Of a DNA stretch of 64,000 nt, positions 1-49,646 are shown piece by piece. The notes below the pieces were generated by a model. It did no database searches. It had not been told where the DNA came from and saw only the letters and a program-made list of their open reading frames with translations. Position 1 is the stretch's first letter. Every line of letters starts with the position of its first letter. The DNA is from Eutreptiella sp. 'Long Island Sound 2002' (Eukaryota > Protista > Euglenida): positions 164,424,001-164,488,000 of the forward strand of contig OZ038378.1 in assembly GCA_964036045.1 (NCBI GenBank), written 5' to 3'. The position numbers and the translations under genes were made by a program.

Positions 1-47
1 CATCGTGAAGAGCGAGCAATTGAAGGCGATGACGTTGCAGTACGAAG
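1..47 (+). CDS. Probable partial upstream exon of the coiled-coil gene (IVKSEQLKAMTLQYE)
   Basis: Coiled-coil-like frame ending at a GTGTGC donor (48), the motif used by the other exons. It ends in phase 1, so at least one more exon is needed before 3106. Confidence 0.4.
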
Positions 48-858
48 GTGTGCGGCCGCATTGACGCCAGCGTATCACAGTGCGTTGTGATAGGTACACC
101 TGTCTCCCAGGGGGGCACCTGATGCAGCGCACCTGCGGCGCGCCCGGTGTGCGCGTGGCACGGCTATTTGGCCTGCAGGCGCAGAAGCGGCTTGGGTTGT
201 CTTGTGTGGTGATGGGTCAGTTGGCTGTTTCTGGACGGTGTATTCGATTGTTTTGATGACTGTCCGATGCAGGCTGACAGAGCCGAGCATCCAAGCGACA
301 CTCACAATGCAAAGTGTCCCCGTTGCATAAAACAAACCCACAGATCCACAGACATCCAAGATATGAAGTAGGAGTTTCAGTCAAGGAGGTGACTTCAACG
401 GACCATCAAGAACATTAAGACCACTACCACTGTTCAAGCACCAACAGAGGATGGTGAGCCGTTCCGTCCGACATCCCCTTGATATCCTGTATTCCGATAC
501 CCCAGGGTCTTACTGCGTGGAAGGGAAGGGTCGAGAAGCATAGATCGCAGTGCCACACATGGCCGCCTGCTCGATGCTGCATTTGGGTAGCGTGATAGCG
601 ATAGCGTGACAAACGGGCGCAGCCAAAGCCAGCATCAGTGTACCAGACCTTGTCAGGTCGTCAAACAGCCAGAAACGCGTGGCCGTAGGACGAATAGGCA
701 CAGGAGTGTTCACAGACACGTGCCATGCAGCCGCACTTTGTTTTGCCAGATGTCAGGGGAGAGCACCAGACGGCACAAATGGTATGTCCCAGTGTCCTCT
801 GCGCACCCCTCCCCCCCCCCCCCCACGCAGCGGGGCGTCCGGCCCACCGCCTCATGGC

Positions 859-1150
859 CAGTGATGTATTAGAACGGCCGTACACCGGAGGAGGAGGGGG
901 GCGTACCCCCCCCCCCCCCCCCCAGGACCCCTCCCCCCCCCTCCTCCCCTTCCAATGTTTGGGGCTGACAGCCAAAATTTTGCTTCGGCGCCTTCGGTGC
1001 CAAGAGGATTTACGCTGAAAACTGTTGGCCAGCCTTCGGCAGGGACCATAGAGGGACCCTGGGAGGAGGGGGGGGGGGGCAGCCAAACGCCCCTCACCCG
1101 CCCCCCCCCATCTTCAGACCCCCCCCCCCTCCCCCCCTAATACATCCCTC
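859..1150. mobile_element. Second hAT-like MITE subfamily (~290 bp)
   Basis: CAGTGATGTATTAG...CTAATACATCCCTC termini related to the CAGGGATGCATT family but with a different interior; flanks CTCATGGC/CGCACGGC match at 6 of 8. Confidence 0.65.
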
Positions 1151-1878
1151 CGCACGGCCTGCGGCTTAACCCAAACGACGCAGCACCGCACGACGCAACG
1201 CGGGACCACGGACCCACAGACGTCGGTGTCGGTGCGGCGTCGCACCCCCCTCCCTCCCCCCCCACACGCACCCCCCCCCCCCCCCCCCCACACGCACAGA
1301 CCGCACACCCGGTCCACACGGCAAACGGGGCTGCGTCCCGTCATCTGCTCCGCCTGCCGCGCTCCCCTCAGTCCCTCCAGCGACCCCCCCGTGTCGGTGC
1401 AATGTGCCACGGGGGGCGCTTGCGTGTCGGGCCGGACCCCCCCCCCCCCCCCCCAAAGACATGCATGAGAACAAGAAAATGTACGGAGGAGGTACCAGCA
1501 CCGGCCCAAACCCCCCCTCCTCCCCTTCCAAGTCACCGGGTCACCGGCTTCCAAGTCACCGTTGTGCTTCATCTAGATTGTCCATAGCATATCCTCTCGA
1601 ACACAAGAACAGTTGCAGTTTGAATGATGATTGCGCCTTCCAAGTCACCTGAGAAACATTTTCTTCGGCGCCTTCGGCGCCGATGTTCTGTGTGTCCCTC
1701 AGGATCAGGGTCATGGGCGTGAGGGAGCCGTTCACATTGAATGGCATGTCTCTGTGAAAATGGACTGTCGTGCGTTGACTCCGTCGTTTTGTGGACACGA
1801 ATTCTGCCACGAATTCATTGCTTTGAGCTCCCCTTTGCACTGTGACCGTTGTTGACAAGGAGGGGGGTCGCCCAAGTA

Positions 1879-2133
1879 CCGTGCGAATTCTAAAGATTTG
1901 CGAAAATATTTAATTCCTGGCACAAGGTGTTGTTGTCCGCAAAAAAAAAACGCAAAAAAATTAATTATTGGCTTCATGCCTTACGCAAAAATGGGTTCCG
2001 CAAAAAAAAAAAAAAATCGCAAAAAAATAATTTTTGCCCATTTTGGATGCTGACGCAAAATTTTTTGCTTATTATTAATTCAAAACACCCAACACAAAAA
2101 TTAGGATTCTACGGCTCTTTAGAATCTGGCCGG
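1879..2133. mobile_element. TA-flanked AT-rich MITE (Tc1/mariner-type footprint)
   Basis: Imperfect TIR CCG....A.TTCTAAAGA with TA on both sides. About 140 bp of it recurs, inverted, at 22590-22724. Confidence 0.6.
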
Positions 2134-2639
2134 TAGGGGCTTTTGGTATGCGAAACAAATGTGGCGCCAAATCTGTTTGGGAGTCCTGTTGGGAAGGTGG
2201 AGGGTCACCCCCCCCCCCCCCCCTCAGATACCGAGGCCTTGTGCCAACCCCCCCCCCCCTCAGACCCCCCCCAGTTCCAATGCGTCCCCCCCCCCCCCCT
2301 CTCTGGACGCCCCTGCCCACGCCGCGGGGGTTGGGGTCCACAACTGAACTGCCCCCCCCCCCCCCGCTACCGTCACGGAGCCCCTCGTGCTCATCTCTTT
2401 TCCCCCTTCAAAGCCCCGTCCAGTGCCGCGGGTCGATCACTGCGCCCCCCGTTCTGCGCCACGACGCAGGCCTGTGCCCCGGCCACACACCCGCACCAGC
2501 GGTCCCCCCGATCCGTCCGCCCGCGCTCCATTTGTAAAGTCATACAAACGCCCCAAAACCACGGACCGCCGGGACCATCGATTGCGAAGGCCACAGCCCG
2601 CGCGCGCGCTGCTCCCAGACCGGCAATGGGGTGTGTGTG

Positions 2640-2846
2640 CAGGGATGCATTGGAACGGGGGGAGCCCCCCCCTCCAGGGTGCCCCGCCCATGCCCAGCGA
2701 CCGTCTCCCTGACGGCAAGTGCGAGCTTCAATGGCATTTGTAACCGACAGTAATCGCCCCCAACCGCTTTGGCAACCTCCTCCAACCGCGTGTCCAACCG
2801 CTTCTGGGGCCGCCTCTGGGGTCCCTTCTCTTCTACCGCATCCCTG
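2640..2846. mobile_element. hAT-like MITE copy
   Basis: Same TIRs and internal GGCATTTGTAACCGACAGTAA core as 42567-42784; flanking 8-mers match at 6 of 8 positions. Confidence 0.8.
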
Positions 2847-3105
2847 GGCGTGTGTATCATTGGCCGTCCACGCGGCCTGCGGATGAACGGCCCCCCGCAT
2901 CGAGTCGCCGGCGGGATCCGCACACGGCACGGGCCCGAGGCGACACGCCCGCAGGGGGGCCCGCCCCGCAACGGGTCGCCGCCCCCTCCGCACTCCCCCT
3001 CCGCCGATCCGCTTGGGATCGCGTGGCGCCGCTTGGCCCCGACGCGGGTGTGGCTGCGCGCGTCGCCGTGCACTCGGGGGGCGCTCCGGTGCGTGTGTCC
3101 CGCAG

Positions 3106-41333
<38,228 letters not shown>

Positions 41334-42566
41334 GTGATCCTCCTTCCTCCTCACCCCATCTCTTTCTCCCTGCCCTGTTCGCTGTAGTCTATACACCAAA
41401 AACATGCACACTTCTTCCATACCCTTCGACACTGCATATCCTTAATGATGCGAAGCCCGTTGCCTTCGAATGGTCGTCAGGACACTACGCGCAGTTAGGC
41501 AGTGAGCAGCGGGAGCCCCACTGCCCACTGCCCCCGGCAGTAAGGCAGTTGAATGGAAGGACCAGAACTGTCCACTGCCTGGCACAGTGCGGCAGTAGAC
41601 TGCAAGATCCACTGCCCACTGCAGTGTGGCAGTCTACGGAAGGATCCCCACTGCCCACTACCCATCGCAGTGTGGCAGTGTACTGAAGGTTCTCAGCCGC
41701 CCAAGAGCCGGCCTGCAAGCTGCCCAACCAGGGCCTAGACGCGCATAGGCAGCGAAAAGTCCAGTAGCACTATCAAGCAGAGGGGCAGGGTGTCCGTTGG
41801 GCAGCCCAGGTGCCCGGTGCTAGAGAGAGGGATGGCCCTTTGCTACAGGTGCACAACACACTACACACAACGCGCACTTAGACACACAGCCCTCCCGGCT
41901 TGCATTTTCCTGCGTTCAAGACCATCTCAGCCCACACCACACCACCCCACACCATACCACACCACAGCACACCACACCACACCACACCACACCACACCAC
42001 ACCACAATCATATCCATTCTCGCACGGTGCTTTTTGCCCGAAATGACGACACCAACCTCCCAGGTATTGCACCAACTACAACCTGGACGTGGCCTCTTTG
42101 TCACCTCATTGCCCCTGTGTGGAGCATTGGGTCTGCTTACATGTGAATGCCTGCCCCTCCCCCCTTTGAGGACCCGCACACACCAAAGGGGCCGCCGCGA
42201 CGTCACCAAAGGTCCAGCACCATCTTCTCACCAACTCCATGCCGGGCCTTTCCAGGGCCCGAGACTTGCAAAGGTGTTCCAAGTCGCCTGCTGCACCGTG
42301 CTGAAGGTGATTGGACGCTTGACGGCAGCTTTGGGCTGCGATGTGCGCCGTCTGTTGGGTCTGCAATGCACGTCATCCGTCAGCGGCCATTTGATTTCTG
42401 TGTTGTCCAGGCAAAAGTCAATTCGCAGACTCACCCGAAGCGCAGGAGTTGAAGTCCGCTTTGGCCAAATCCGTCGCGGATCTGAACACGTGCCTACAAC
42501 GCACGCAGCCTCAACAGCCCGCGTAGAAGACAAGAGGGGCCGCTGCATGCGGCGTTGGGCACCTCC

Positions 42567-42784
42567 CAGGGATGCATTGGAAGGGGGGCAGCCCCCCCCC
42601 CCCCCTCCTCCAGGGCGCCCAGCCTCTGCCCACAGCCACTGTCTCCCTGACGGCAAGTACCAGCTTCAATGGCATTTGTAACCGACAGTAACCGCCACCA
42701 ACCGCTTCGGCAACCTCCTCTGACCGCCTGTCTAACCGCTTCTGGGACCGCCTCTGAGGCCCCTTCCCTTCTAATGCATCCCTG
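42567..42784. mobile_element. hAT-like MITE (~215 bp), copy with an intact TSD
   Basis: TIRs CAGGGATGCATT(G/A)GAAGGG and a perfect 8 bp TSD GCACCTCC (42559-42566 and 42785-42792). The CAGGGATG end plus 8 bp TSD matches the hAT (Ac/Ds-type) signature. Confidence 0.85.
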
Positions 42785-44021
42785 GCACCTCCGATCCCGC
42801 GGTGGTGCACAGGACGCAATGGCCAGTTGAACTGAGAGGACTGCATCCGCACTCACCACCGCTGAATGCGGATGCAGAGGACAGCCAGACTAACCCGGAG
42901 CCTTGACCCTGACCCTGACCCTGAGGCTGGCTCCGCCCCCCCCCCCCCCACTCTCCACTGCTGCGACCCCCAATTTTGGGTGTTCCCAGACTCACCGTGT
43001 TTTCCAAGCGCCGATGGCATCATGTCTCGGACGGTGCCCCACTGCCCATGTGACTCTGGCTGTACAACCGCGTCGTGGCACTGAGGCTGCCACTGATCAG
43101 GGGCGAGCTCAGATACTCCACTGACTGCTTTGCGTTGGGCCCCCAGTGGCCCCCAGGCAGGACCATGAATGGCCGCTGTTTGTGTGTGTGTGCGCGCGCA
43201 TGTGTGTGTTTCCCGGCTTCCCGCCGCCTGTCTAGAACGGGGTCAGCGGTGGTCTGAGAGCCCCGAGCCCGGCCGGAGACGCCCTGACAGGTCGGCCCTC
43301 ATTGCACGGCACTGGACGCGCTTCCGGACGCGTCAAGAGTTGACGGGCATACACCCCAACCTACCCCAATGCCCCTCCAACCGACGCCGATGGAGACCCG
43401 CAGTTGTGCGAATGGGGGAGCACGCGCCGGGGGCCCTTTGTGGTCTCGGGGTCCCGGTTTGTGAAGTGTGAATCTCAGTGTATGCTCTGATCTTACTGAT
43501 CCACGGAGCGTGACCCCCCCCCGCCCCCGCCCCACCCCCATTGCACATGCCGCCTGCAGAAGGTACCGAGTTCGAGCCCCAGGGGAAGCACAAGTAAAAG
43601 CGCCCACTCATCACAAGCGACAAGAGTGTCCGAGGGAAACCTACGAACCGACCAACGATGCCTCAGAAGTGGTTTAGTGGTGCACAGAGATCGCCTGGTG
43701 TTGAACCTCTACCCTGCCCCTGCCCCTGCCCCTGCCCGTGCCCCCACGCCATCAGACATCAGCCACCATGGGCCCACAGCACGGAATCGGCTCGGCACTT
43801 GATGTGACCCACATCCGCGGCGTCATTCGGATGCCACGTGGTGATGATGGTCTGGGACGCGACGTGTGGTGGCCTCCTTTCCCACGCACATCGGTCTTCA
43901 TTCCGTCGATTCTCCACAGACCCGTGTGCGAAAGGCCCCGGGGGTCCTTCTCCGGCCCTTGACCAGCCTTTCCCTTCCTCCTGCAGCCTGTTGCCTTGAC
44001 AGTGTCGACAACATGTGACAA

Positions 44022-45810
44022 GTGACAAGTGACAGCCCACACGTCGTTGTACTGGGCGCAGGAATATCTGGTCATTCGTTGGCCACTGACGCGCATCTGT
44101 CTTACCACCAAAGGATAATTTTAGAGAGGGACAAATTTGATGTGGACAAATTTGGAAGCCCTACCTCGTACCAAATATTTCCTTCAATTTTAAGGATGCG
44201 ATGTGTCAAAATGTGTGCACTACACATGGGCTGCAGGAGGGGTGGGTTTTTTGCGCGCTGCGGAGTGCTGTCGGAAATGCATTGTACGACGCGTCGGGGC
44301 GTCGTACAAGGCGTCGGGGCCCGACGCGTCGGGGATGTACGACGCGTCGTACAGTGTCGTACAAGGCGTCGGGGCCCGACGCGTCGGGGATGTACGACGC
44401 GTCGTACAGTGTCGTACAAGGTGTCGTACAGCACCAACACCGTACGACACAGTACGACATAGTACGACCGCCCTCCCCCTCTAGGCGGGTAAACGATGGC
44501 AGCGGACCGTCTTGGGGGAAGGGGGCCTTCGGCCCCCTTCCCAAATATTGGCACTTCGCGTCTACAACATGGCGACAGTGTCTACAATTAGCAGGCCGCG
44601 TCTACCTGTGGTGCACAGTGTCTACAGACCCCAGACCGCCCTCCCCCTGTGCAGAGTGTTGCTTAATAGAAGGGGGGGGGCAGAGTGTTGCTTAAGAGAG
44701 GGGGGGGGGGGGGGGGGGGGGCAGAGTGTTGCTTAAGAGAGGGGGGGGGGCAGAGTGTTGCTTAAGACACTGTACGACGCGTCGTACAGTGTCGTACAAG
44801 GCGTCGGGGCCCGACGCGTCGGGGATGTACGACGTGTCGTACAGTGTCGTACAAGGCGTCGGGGCCCGACGCGTCGGGGATGTACGACGTGTCGTACAGT
44901 GTCGTACAAGGCGTCGGGGCCCGACGCGTCGGGGATGTACGACGCGTCGTACAGTGTCGTACAAGGCGTCGGGGCCCGACGCGTCGGGGATGTACGACGC
45001 GTCGTACAGTGTCGTACAAGGTGTCGGGGCCCGACGCGTCGGGGATGTACGACGCGTCGTACAGTGTCGTACAAGGTGTCGGGGCCCGACGCGTCGTAAA
45101 ATCCCTATTTCGACAGTAGTGGGAGCAGATCAAATTTTGCGTAGGAGAAGGATGTGCTACTGGTACACATGCCTTGGGTCTCGAACACCCGCCCTGCGGT
45201 GTATCATGGCTGTGGAGATTTGCCACTGCTCACGGCAACGCTGCAGAATGCGATCCACCAGTTCTGTTGACGTCACTGTCAACCATTGTAAATGCAGCGA
45301 GACCGGCATGGCTGGTCCTGTGGTGCACAGTGTTGTCCAAGCGTGGGATCCGCGTCTCACCGGTGTTTTCCCTGACTTTGATCATGCACGTACAAAATGT
45401 GGGTGGGGAGGGGGTGGGGGACCCTTTCTGCACAACGTCCCCAGACCCTTGTCCGTGGTACACTTGCGAGATGCGCGCAGACCGCGGCATGGCCAGCCAC
45501 GGGAGGTGCGGTTCCTGCAAATTGCTGCCCTTGTGCCGCGCTGTGGCTGTGGGACCCCCAAAGCCTTCTGACTTCCTTCTTGTGGTTGACCACATGCAGC
45601 GGTGACCGTCCCGGTGGTGTGAGAGGAAGAGGAGCATGTTTGAAGGCTTGTGTCTGTTGAACTCACCCCATCACGTCCTCTCAGTATGGGCTGCATTCCC
45701 GTCTCCCTCAATCCAATCATGAGTCTCTGCATTTCGCAATCCCGTATCGGAGGCTACTCCGTTCTTCACATCACATGGACCAAGGCATCCAAGGTGGCAG
45801 GTTGGACGCG
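44022..45810 (+). pseudogene. Possible decayed FAD-dependent (class A flavin) monooxygenase, interrupted by the 44284-45100 element
   Basis: VVVLGAGISG...ILER (44040-44130), VVGAD (45116-45130) and DQGIQGGRLDA (45778-45810) appear in the canonical order of the GxGxxG, GADG and GQG-x-N-x-G-x-x-DA motifs, but in broken frames. Confidence 0.4.
44284..45100. mobile_element. 0.8 kb non-autonomous inverted-repeat element with TGTACGAC termini, 55 bp palindrome arrays and a copy of the KDZ element's 167 bp module
   Basis: The left end TGTACGACGCGTCGGG is inverted against the right end CCCGACGCGTCGTAAA. The 55 bp units start at 44771, 44826, 44881, 44936, 44991 and 45046, with 2-3 more at 44284-44430. 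Segment 44485-44635 matches the 167 bp unit at 13692-14190. Confidence 0.75.
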
Positions 45811-46987
45811 GATCCGCCCACGACTCTCCCCCCGAGAGCATCAATGCGGTGAGCATCAGGAAACCATCCGGAACGCTCACAACAATGGCGGTCGGCCTTT
45901 CACCTGATGGTGCTCAACATCCAGGGGATGGGGGGGGGGATGGCGGGGGGGTGGGGGGGGGGGGGCAATCAAGGCCCTAAACCTTCGCTTAACCGACCCT
46001 AGCGGGGGAACCAAAGTCCCCTTGCCTGCTTCATGAAGCCTGCTGCCACTTTCTTGGCCCCCAGTGACTCGAATCTGACCTGGCGCCCCCATGCCCCCAA
46101 ACTGAATGAGGGAATTCTTTGCTGAATGTGTGGAGGATGGCCTGCAAGATGACAATTCAACTGCCATGCAAACGATCCCAGGGTGGCCTTGAGGAACATC
46201 AAAAAGTGCCTCCCATAGCTGAACGGCGGTTGGCAGTTCAGTGTGGCAATCCTTGCGCTTGCCTCCCCTGCAGCACATTTCCACCTGCAAGTATACTTCA
46301 GTAGCGGAGGGGGAAGTCGGGTCTTCAAATGGCGGGTGGGGTAGGAGGGGGGGGGTAGAAACCCTCAAAACCGGGGGGGGGGGCGGAGGTTAGGAAAAGG
46401 GCTCAATAGACAGGACCATTAATCAGCTATTTTGTGAAGTCTGGCACCAAAGGCGCCAAAAAAAATTTGAGTATTGAAAATGGTCAAAAATTTTCCACCA
46501 AATACATGGTAAATCATGACTGTTCTGAGCCCCCTAGATGCGCTGATTGCAAAAATCCCATTGTTATTTTTTGCTGAATTTAGGGTCTTGGTCACCTTCG
46601 GGGCCCAGGGGTCAGTTCGGTGGGATTTTGGAGGGCGTCAAATGAGCCCTTTTTGGGGAAGGGGGAGCCTAGCCAGAGGGCTCTATCGACCCCTCCTGCC
46701 CCCGCAGTCGAAAGCCTGCCCAGCCAGGGATGCTCGTACAGATGCAAGGTGCGTCCATGTGGTACCTTGACACTGCTGACAGAGTTGGTAGCCCACCCGG
46801 GTAGATGGCTACGGCCACCCGCAGGCTGAGTGACCTTGCGTCCCCCGAAGTTGGGATGCTTGAACGGCTTGTTGGCAGCGGGCGTCACGTGGCCGAGCGT
46901 GGCGGCGGAACCGATGAGGCTGGGATCCTTCATGATCGGATTATGTGGATGGAAGTCGAATCCAATCTATTAACCGTGCTGTTCGTG

Positions 46988-47332
46988 TCATCCGTCTGCA
47001 ATGTAGTATTTCAGGGTGCTCTCGTAGTCGTTGTTGTGCATGTGTTTTAGATTGTGGTAGCCATTGAGATACGCGAAGCAGTGCCGCAAGTTGTGGGCTC
47101 CTGAGCTATTCCCACCCTTCGGAAATGTCTCCAGACATGCATGAACACACTGCAAGTACACCCTGTCGGTTGCCTGTAACGTCTGGAATACAGATTCAGG
47201 GATGGGTTTGGTTCTATGACGCATGGCAGTGGGGCCAAGTAGAACACTTCCCTGGAACTGAAGGTTATCACTGGACCATTCCAGCACACCGCAGTAGTTA
47301 TTTTTGCAACAATTGAAACTGCAAGATCTTTT
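46988..47332 (-). pseudogene. Possible tyrosine recombinase C-terminal relic
   Basis: ...GAHNLRHCFAYLNGYHNLKHMHNNDYESTLKYY: HxLRHxFA followed by H...ST..Y, resembling the H-x-x-R / H / Y catalytic tail. Spacing is about 7 residues shorter than usual. Confidence 0.35.
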
Positions 47333-48560
47333 TCAGTTGGTGATGCTGGGTATGCCAGAAACGTTTTGGTGCTGCAACTTCTGCACGACCGGTGCGCTCC
47401 GGACAAATTCTTTGGCCCGCCACCGTCATGACGTCGTGTTATGACCCAGGCTCACCGCCACAGAGAAACCCTCACAAATCCCGAATCTCCTCACATCATT
47501 CATCCAAGACCATTGATGGAGGGTGGGGCTAAAGGCAATTGAAACGTGCTGCACACACCCTTAGCTTTCTTTTACGGTTATTGGGAGAAGAGCGACTGGG
47601 AAATATTCTCTTCCCACAACTAAATGACGCCACTGCATGGTTCTGGTCTTTGCAACATGGAGGCATTCAATCCATTGATGAACTGGACAGCTATGACCAG
47701 CTGCACCAAATAGACCCAAAAAATCTATGTTGAAGAGACAGAAGTTGCAGACGGCTGTGGTGCATACCCATCGGCGTGCCTTTTAGCACACTCTACAGCC
47801 TGTGGGGATTGTATAAAAAACGCTGACTTTTGCCGAGTGTGGGGTCACATACCTTCACTGATGAGGGCTTCCTAATTGCGGGCCTTTGCTTCGTTTTGTC
47901 TGATGAATGGCAGGTGCCAGTCCTACGCCCCTGCAGGGATAAGGATGACAGTTGCAATGGGGACTGCCACAGCTCCACAGTCCGGGCACTGGGGTACAGC
48001 CCCGTGGTCAGAGGCACTGGCTGCCTGGCACACACACAGCCCTCAACTTTGAAGGAGAGATAGCAATCAAAGTGACAGTCCAATATGTTGTGTTCACACT
48101 AGCGCATCCAACTATGTACAGTGGGTGACTGAGCTATGTACACATTGTATTGCCCATTATGGCTCTACATTGGAAGGTTGACGGGAGACTTGGTAAGGTT
48201 GGGGCTCCCCTGGCAGTACACGTGGTGCGATGCGGCTTTTGGTGAATTTTTTTTTGCTACGATCCATTTCGTGGGGGTAGGAAGGGCCCATGTCCAATCC
48301 ACAATCCAGTCCATTTTGGGGTGGGGGGGCTTGGGGGGGGGGGGGTTCCACCACTCTGATCCGGAACAGATCGCATCGCCTAGTCCCCCGAGGGACTAGG
48401 AGACTCACATGGGGTGCGGTCTGCGACACCCCGACGTTGCCGCCGTTGTGTGCGCTGAAAATCGACAAGGCACTCCAAAACGACCGCCTGGCCCAAAACA
48501 TGAGGATCACGCTCGCCAACCCGAGGGGCTATGTGGCCTTAAGGGCTGGCGGCATGGGCG

Positions 48561-49179
48561 AGATCGAGCGCCCCAGAGAGTTTCAAGGTCAACACAACTC
48601 AGCTGCCATGAACCCTGAAGACCTCTTCGCATGGCACACTTGGACCCGTTTCCATCAGTCCCAGACCGCGTACGCCAGGCGGTACATGGGGGCTGGCAGC
48701 ACCAGTGTCGCGGCTCCTCAAAGCCCAAAGTACCCCAACAGTACAATCTCCAAGCCTGTGCTTACAACACATAGCTGCCGTGCCCGTACCTGGTATGGAA
48801 CCGCGATCCTACGGAACGACGGTTGGCATTGCCGTTAGCCTACTGCTTGTCTGCTTTACAGGGACAACATGGGGGACCAATCATGAGCTGAAACCCGTAT
48901 GCTACCCAGGCGTTCGCCAAAACCTGCTACATATATGTCCATATTTAGATCTGCCCTCTGGGCACTGGCACTTCTGGAATTTGGCCAATTTGATCCCAAA
49001 AAAAAAGATCGAGTGCTCCAGTTTCAAGGTCAACACGACCCAGCTGCCATGAACCCTAGCAACCTCTTCGCATGGCACACTTGGACCCGTTTCCATCAGT
49101 CCCAGACCGCGTACGCCAGACGGTACACGGGGGCCGGCAGCACCAGTGTCGCGGCTCCTTAAAGCCCAAAGTACCCCAA
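48561..49179 (+). repeat. ~175 bp direct duplication (48561-48738 and 49006-49179) followed by a degenerate AAGTACCCC minisatellite to ~49645
   Basis: TTTCAAGGTCAACAC...GCTGCCATGAACCCT...CAGACCGCGTACGCCAG...AAAGCCCAAAGTACCCCAA occurs twice. Confidence 0.85.
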
Positions 49180-49646
49180 GCACCCCCAATCTACCTCAAA
49201 GTACCCTTAGCCCCCCTAAGCCCCCAAACCCACCCCAAAATCCCCCAAGCCCCCCCAGCTCACCCCAAAGCACTCCAAGATTCCGAAACCCACCCCAAAG
49301 TACCCCAACCCCCTCAAAACCCACCTCAAGATACCCTGGGCACCCCCCCCCCCAACCCCAAAGTACCCCCCCCCCCAACCCACCCCAAAGTACCCCAAGG
49401 CCTCCAACCCACCTCAAAGTACCCCAAGCCCCCCCCCCCCTACCAATCCCAAAGTACCCCCCCCCCCCAAACCTCCCTCACCATACCCCAAACTCTCCCA
49501 ACCCACCCCAAAGTACCCCGAGCCCTCACAACCCACCCCAAAGTCCCCTAAGCCCCCCCACCCCAACCCAAATTACCCCAAGCCCGCCTACCCGCCTCAA
49601 AGTACCCCACCCCCCCCCCCCATCCACCTCAAAGAACCCCAATGTA

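Noticed and set aside
1589-1643. Bridging exon (AYPLEHKNSCSLNDDCAFQ) between exon 1-47 and exon 3106
   Set aside because: Phases fit, but the donor GTCACC is atypical and the peptide is not coiled-coil-like; not supportable without RNA data.
44771-45100. 55 bp palindromic repeats as a CRISPR array
   Set aside because: Units are contiguous and near-identical with no unique spacers, there are no cas genes, and the context is eukaryotic.
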